DNA of 64,000 nucleotides from Mytilus trossulus (Eukaryota): NCBI RefSeq assembly GCF_036588685.1, contig NC_086374.1, positions 87,544,001 to 87,608,000 of the forward strand, read 5' to 3'. Shown piece by piece: positions 61,101 to 64,000 of this stretch (position 1 is its first letter; each line of letters starts with the position of its first letter). The notes under the pieces were generated by a model. It saw only the letters and a program-made list of their open reading frames with translations, ran no database searches and was not told where the DNA came from. The position numbers and the translations under genes were made by a program.

Positions 61101-62987
61101 TAACCAACTTCATATTTCAAAAAGACTTTCATTTTTTTTTTAGCTTTTTTGTTTACTTAGATTATAATTTTTCGACGACAAAGATGAATGTCCTCAAAAT
61201 TCTGTTTACTCTCTAGTGTTAAAGTAAATACGCTATATATATATAAAAAAAAAAGATGCAGGATGAGTGCTAATGAGACAACTCTCCATCCAAGTCACAG
61301 ATTTAAAACATAAACAATCGTAGATCAAAGAGGGCCGAACGATACCTGCGTGACAGTCAACTCGTAGATCGAAAAAAAACCTGACAATTTAATTCAAATC
61401 AAAAAATAAAAAGACTAACAGTCATTATATTACAAAAGACACAACATAGAAAACTAAAGACTACGCAACACATACTCCCCAAAAAGTTGGTTGTGATCTC
61501 AGGTGCTCCGGAAGGGTAAGCAGATCCTGCGTCACATGTGGCACCCGTCGTGTTGCTTATATTATTACAAATCCTGTAAATCGTATAATTCTGTAGGTCA
61601 AAGTAGGGACTTTAAGCACGGAGCATCTAGCTCACACAAAACATCAAGCTAAAAAGGACACCAAATTGACTAGTGTCAAAATATTCAAATAGAAAAAAAA
61701 AACAGCGGTATAATCTTTATAAAACTAGAAAAGAAAAATACGTATTAGTACTTACGTTGTTTATAATCTCAATAACGTGTTATATGGTCTTTTTTGTCTT
61801 TGAAAATTACGTCATTTTTGTGTAATTATACTTTTCTTAATTTTTGGTTACTTGTCTTTCATTTCTCCTTACGTGCATTATCTATAGCCCGTTTTGTTTT
61901 TCTTTGTTGATATACTTCTTTATAAAATGATAACACTATGTTTACTGCTGTCCTCTTATTTTTGACATTTTCACCTATCATGTTCGTTTATTATTAAGTT
62001 CACAGATTTTTGACGATATGATCATGATAATGGAATTTTAAAGAGAGCGTTAGTTAGCTATAAAATCAAGTTTAATCAACCAATTTGTAAATGCCTTTAA
62101 CTAGTCAGGAATATAAATTGTGATTATCCATTCGTTTGGTGTGTTTGATGTGTTCGAACTTTTGACTTTTCCTTTCAATAAGGAGCATTTAATTATGAAT
62201 TTCCTGGGAGTTCAGTATTATTCTTACTTTATGTTTAATGAACCACATCAACAAAGGCAATCAAACGAACACCAGAAATCGGTTTCACAATAAAACTTCC
62301 GATTAAGATTGATCATAAGTCATGAACAAGTCAGCATAATTACGATACATCTTAGTCGTGAGCTGTTTTGAGAAAATTGACTCTAGGCTCCTGCCTAAGG
62401 ATAGGCACCAACCTTTACCTTACCCGAAATAGAAGTGTAACATTACAACAAAATATCATAAATTGAAATGGGGTAAATGGATCAAAGATATATAAGCAAA
62501 ATAAAAAAACATATACTGATCAAATAGATTTAGGAATGTGATGTGAGTGCCAATGAGACAACTCTCCATCCAAATAACAATTTTAAAAAAGTAAACCATT
62601 ATAGGTCAAAACTCAGCCTGTAACATATTTGATCTATGACATTTGGTAATAATACACGTCTATTTATATTTATTACTATTTTTAGGTAATGGTTAAAACA
62701 TATTCATTTGGTTATATCAAAGATGATATAAAAAAATGTATTGCTGTTACCAAATCTTATTTTACGTATTTAAAATGACTCGGACATTCATAAATTATAT
62801 TGCCAGTTTATTAAGTCTTATCGGAGGAAGACCACACGATTACACAATTACGTATTCTACTGTGTTTGTATTGTTAGAGATGGCTGTAAAACGTTTGTGG
62901 TGGTGAGGAATCGATATGTAAATATGTTTGCCAATGAAAGTAAATAATTTCTAACTAAAATATTTTCTTTTCTTTTTCAGGCGTTAA
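49189..62987 (+). CDS. Gene D: paralogue of C with a signal peptide, 8-Cys domain, mucin and three ShKT domains
   Basis: Exons: 49189-49231 MANFISFYFTLLIF; 50474-50526 VPTVTSFNCFKELCRGAE; 51208-51270 VCKLDFKDSYIANSSCEEPHR; 51648-51738 QGHTVDSKCGFYFPTRGKCFCEDPACMARL; 51869-51931 linker; 52776-52928 ShKT CVDFDVRCNSSFYQQILCASKDPSSISLAISTCPKTCNRC; 53864-53914; 54441-54848 poly-Thr mucin; 56025-56177 ShKT; 57672-57689 probable microexon; 58407-58439; 58956-59114 ShKT; 59405-59426 GSIDSAFG. The terminal exon is uncertain; the best candidate is 62981 G-CGT-TAA with AATAAA at about 63026. Confidence 0.85.
49734..49777 (+). ncRNA. Type I hammerhead ribozyme on the sense strand of gene D intron 1
   Basis: GCGTCA CTGATGA GTC TTTTGTT GAC GAAA CACGCG TC TGACGT. 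Confidence 0.8.
50018..50435. mobile_element. Foldback MITE with imperfect arms of about 160 bp, flanked by TA
   Basis: TA|CACAGCTACTTTTGCATAGGTAC ... GTACCTATGCAAAAGTAGCAGGG|TA; the AGTACT-rich interior is mirrored. Confidence 0.82.
53318..53425 (-). mobile_element. Truncated retrozyme copy with a 13-nt deletion through the hammerhead core
   Basis: AGACTCAT[CAGTGACGCTCAT deleted]ATCAAAA, compared with the copy at 38559-38585. Confidence 0.8.
54445..54845 (+). repeat. Low-complexity (ACN)n poly-Thr/Pro coding tract, mucin exon of gene D
   Basis: PTTTTT/ATTTT-type repeats in ORF 54443-54946. Confidence 0.9.
56897..57447. mobile_element. MITE with about 35-bp TIRs and TAA target duplication (PIF/Harbinger-like)
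   Basis: TAA|AGCTAGGTTAACACTGCCGATCAGATCAACTCGAT ... ATCGAGTTGATCTGATCGGCAGTGTGAACCTAGCT|TAA, with an internal duplicate of about 54 bp. Confidence 0.9.
60767..61022. mobile_element. Short-TIR MITE, possibly Kolobok-like (degenerate TTAA site)
   Basis: CTAA|GGTGGTACTTAACAC ... GTGTTGGGTACCACC|TTGA. Confidence 0.6.
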
Positions 62988-63204
62988 ACTAAACGGGGGA
63001 GATACTTTATACTTTTTGTTTGATGAATAAATGGTTTTTTTTATCAGTTTGGGTCCATTTGTCATTAGTATTACGTGTGTAGTTGTTTCTAAAGAATGGC
63101 AATTTTCAAACAGAAATTGCACAATTGGTGAAAAATGATTTGAGTAAAATCCATATTTAAAAAAAACATAAATTAATGTAATAAATCATATGGGCGTCAA
63201 GTTG

Positions 63205-63465
63205 GTTACCTATTCCCTATTCCCTATTCGTTACCTATTCCCTATTCCCTATTGGTTGCCTATTCGTTACCTATTCCCTATTCCCTATTCGTTGCCTATT
63301 CGTTACCTATTCCCTATTCCCTATTCGTTACCTATTCGTTACCTATTCGTTACCTATTCCCTATTCCCTATTCGTTACCTATTCGTTACCTATTTCCTAT
63401 TCCCTATTCGTTACATATTCGTTACCTATTTCCTATTCCCTATTCGTTACATATTCGTTACTTAT
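63205..63465. repeat. Compound minisatellite of 7-bp (CTATTCC) and 11-bp (CTATTCGTTAC) units
   Basis: Read directly from the sequence. Confidence 0.92.
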
Positions 63466-63499
63466 TTGATTTGTTATATCCTTCTCCCTTTTTAATTAT

Positions 63500-64000
63500 G
63501 GCATGGAATAGTTTGATATGGCTGTCGTTACCATGGAAACGGCACAATTCTGAAAAAAAATCAGTTTTTGGGTTTTGGTGAACTGTTTGGATAGGCTTCA
63601 ACTCAGAATCATCATATTTTAAAACAATGTAGGTGCCCACTATATATAGGTGTTGGATGATTTTGGTGATCATTGGAACAACTATGTTGCCATGGAAACT
63701 ACACCAAAATTTTCAAAATTCTCAAAATGCTCAAAACTTCATGAAACTTCACAGTAATGATGAGCAACATTGGTAGATGTGGCATTTGGAGTTGGAATTT
63801 CCAAAAAATTTCAAAATGCTCACTACTTCATGAAACTTCACAGTAATGATGAGCAACATTAAAAGATGTGGCATTTGGAGTTGGAATTTCCAAAATAGGT
63901 CTTGTTACCATGGAAACAATGCAAAAAGGTCAAAAATTTCAAATATAAGAATTTTTAGTAAACTGGATGAAACTTTACAGGAATGGTAACTGGCATAGGC
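63500..64000. repeat. Repeat element with internal 89-bp tandem units and recurrent CCATGGAAAC (possibly Helitron/Helentron-type), running off the right edge
   Basis: TCAAAATGCTCA..ACTTCATGAAACTTCACAGTAATGATGAGCAACATT occurs at 63722 and 63811. Confidence 0.6.

Noticed and set aside
61161-62690. Alternative terminal exons for gene D (61161 A-TTA-TAA; 62686 G-TAA)
   Set aside because: Possible, but 62981 has the better pyrimidine tract and a nearby AATAAA. This cannot be resolved without RNA data.
63190-63581. LFPIRY/YSLPI repeat ORFs
   Set aside because: Product of a 7/11-bp compound simple repeat.

Overview
This is an AT-rich, intron-rich animal genomic window. A bivalve, probably Mytilus, is inferred from the repeat content; it is not prokaryotic, and most ORF-track ORFs are intronic noise. 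Manual exon stitching with GT-AG boundaries and matching phases gives a cluster of four cysteine-rich genes that carry toxin-type scaffolds on Thr/Pro mucin spacers. Gene A (+, 4246-12860) is 5'-incomplete and has three Ly6/uPAR three-finger-like domains (12 Cys where complete) plus a 14x decapeptide mucin. Gene B (-, 17254-20678) is 5'-incomplete and has two 10-Cys three-finger-like domains. Paralogues C (+, 32209-44474) and D (+, 49189-about 62987) each have a signal peptide, a compact 8-Cys N-terminal domain (His-rich in C), mucin linkers, 2 or 3 ShKT domains and a conserved AFG tail. The window also contains an orphan 3' fragment of an SLC22 transporter, a 368-bp satellite array apparently lying in an intron of gene A, Penelope-like RT relics and several MITEs. 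It has about ten type I hammerhead-ribozyme (retrozyme) copies, including a 356-bp tandem near-dimer. All coordinates were read by eye and may be off by a few bases.
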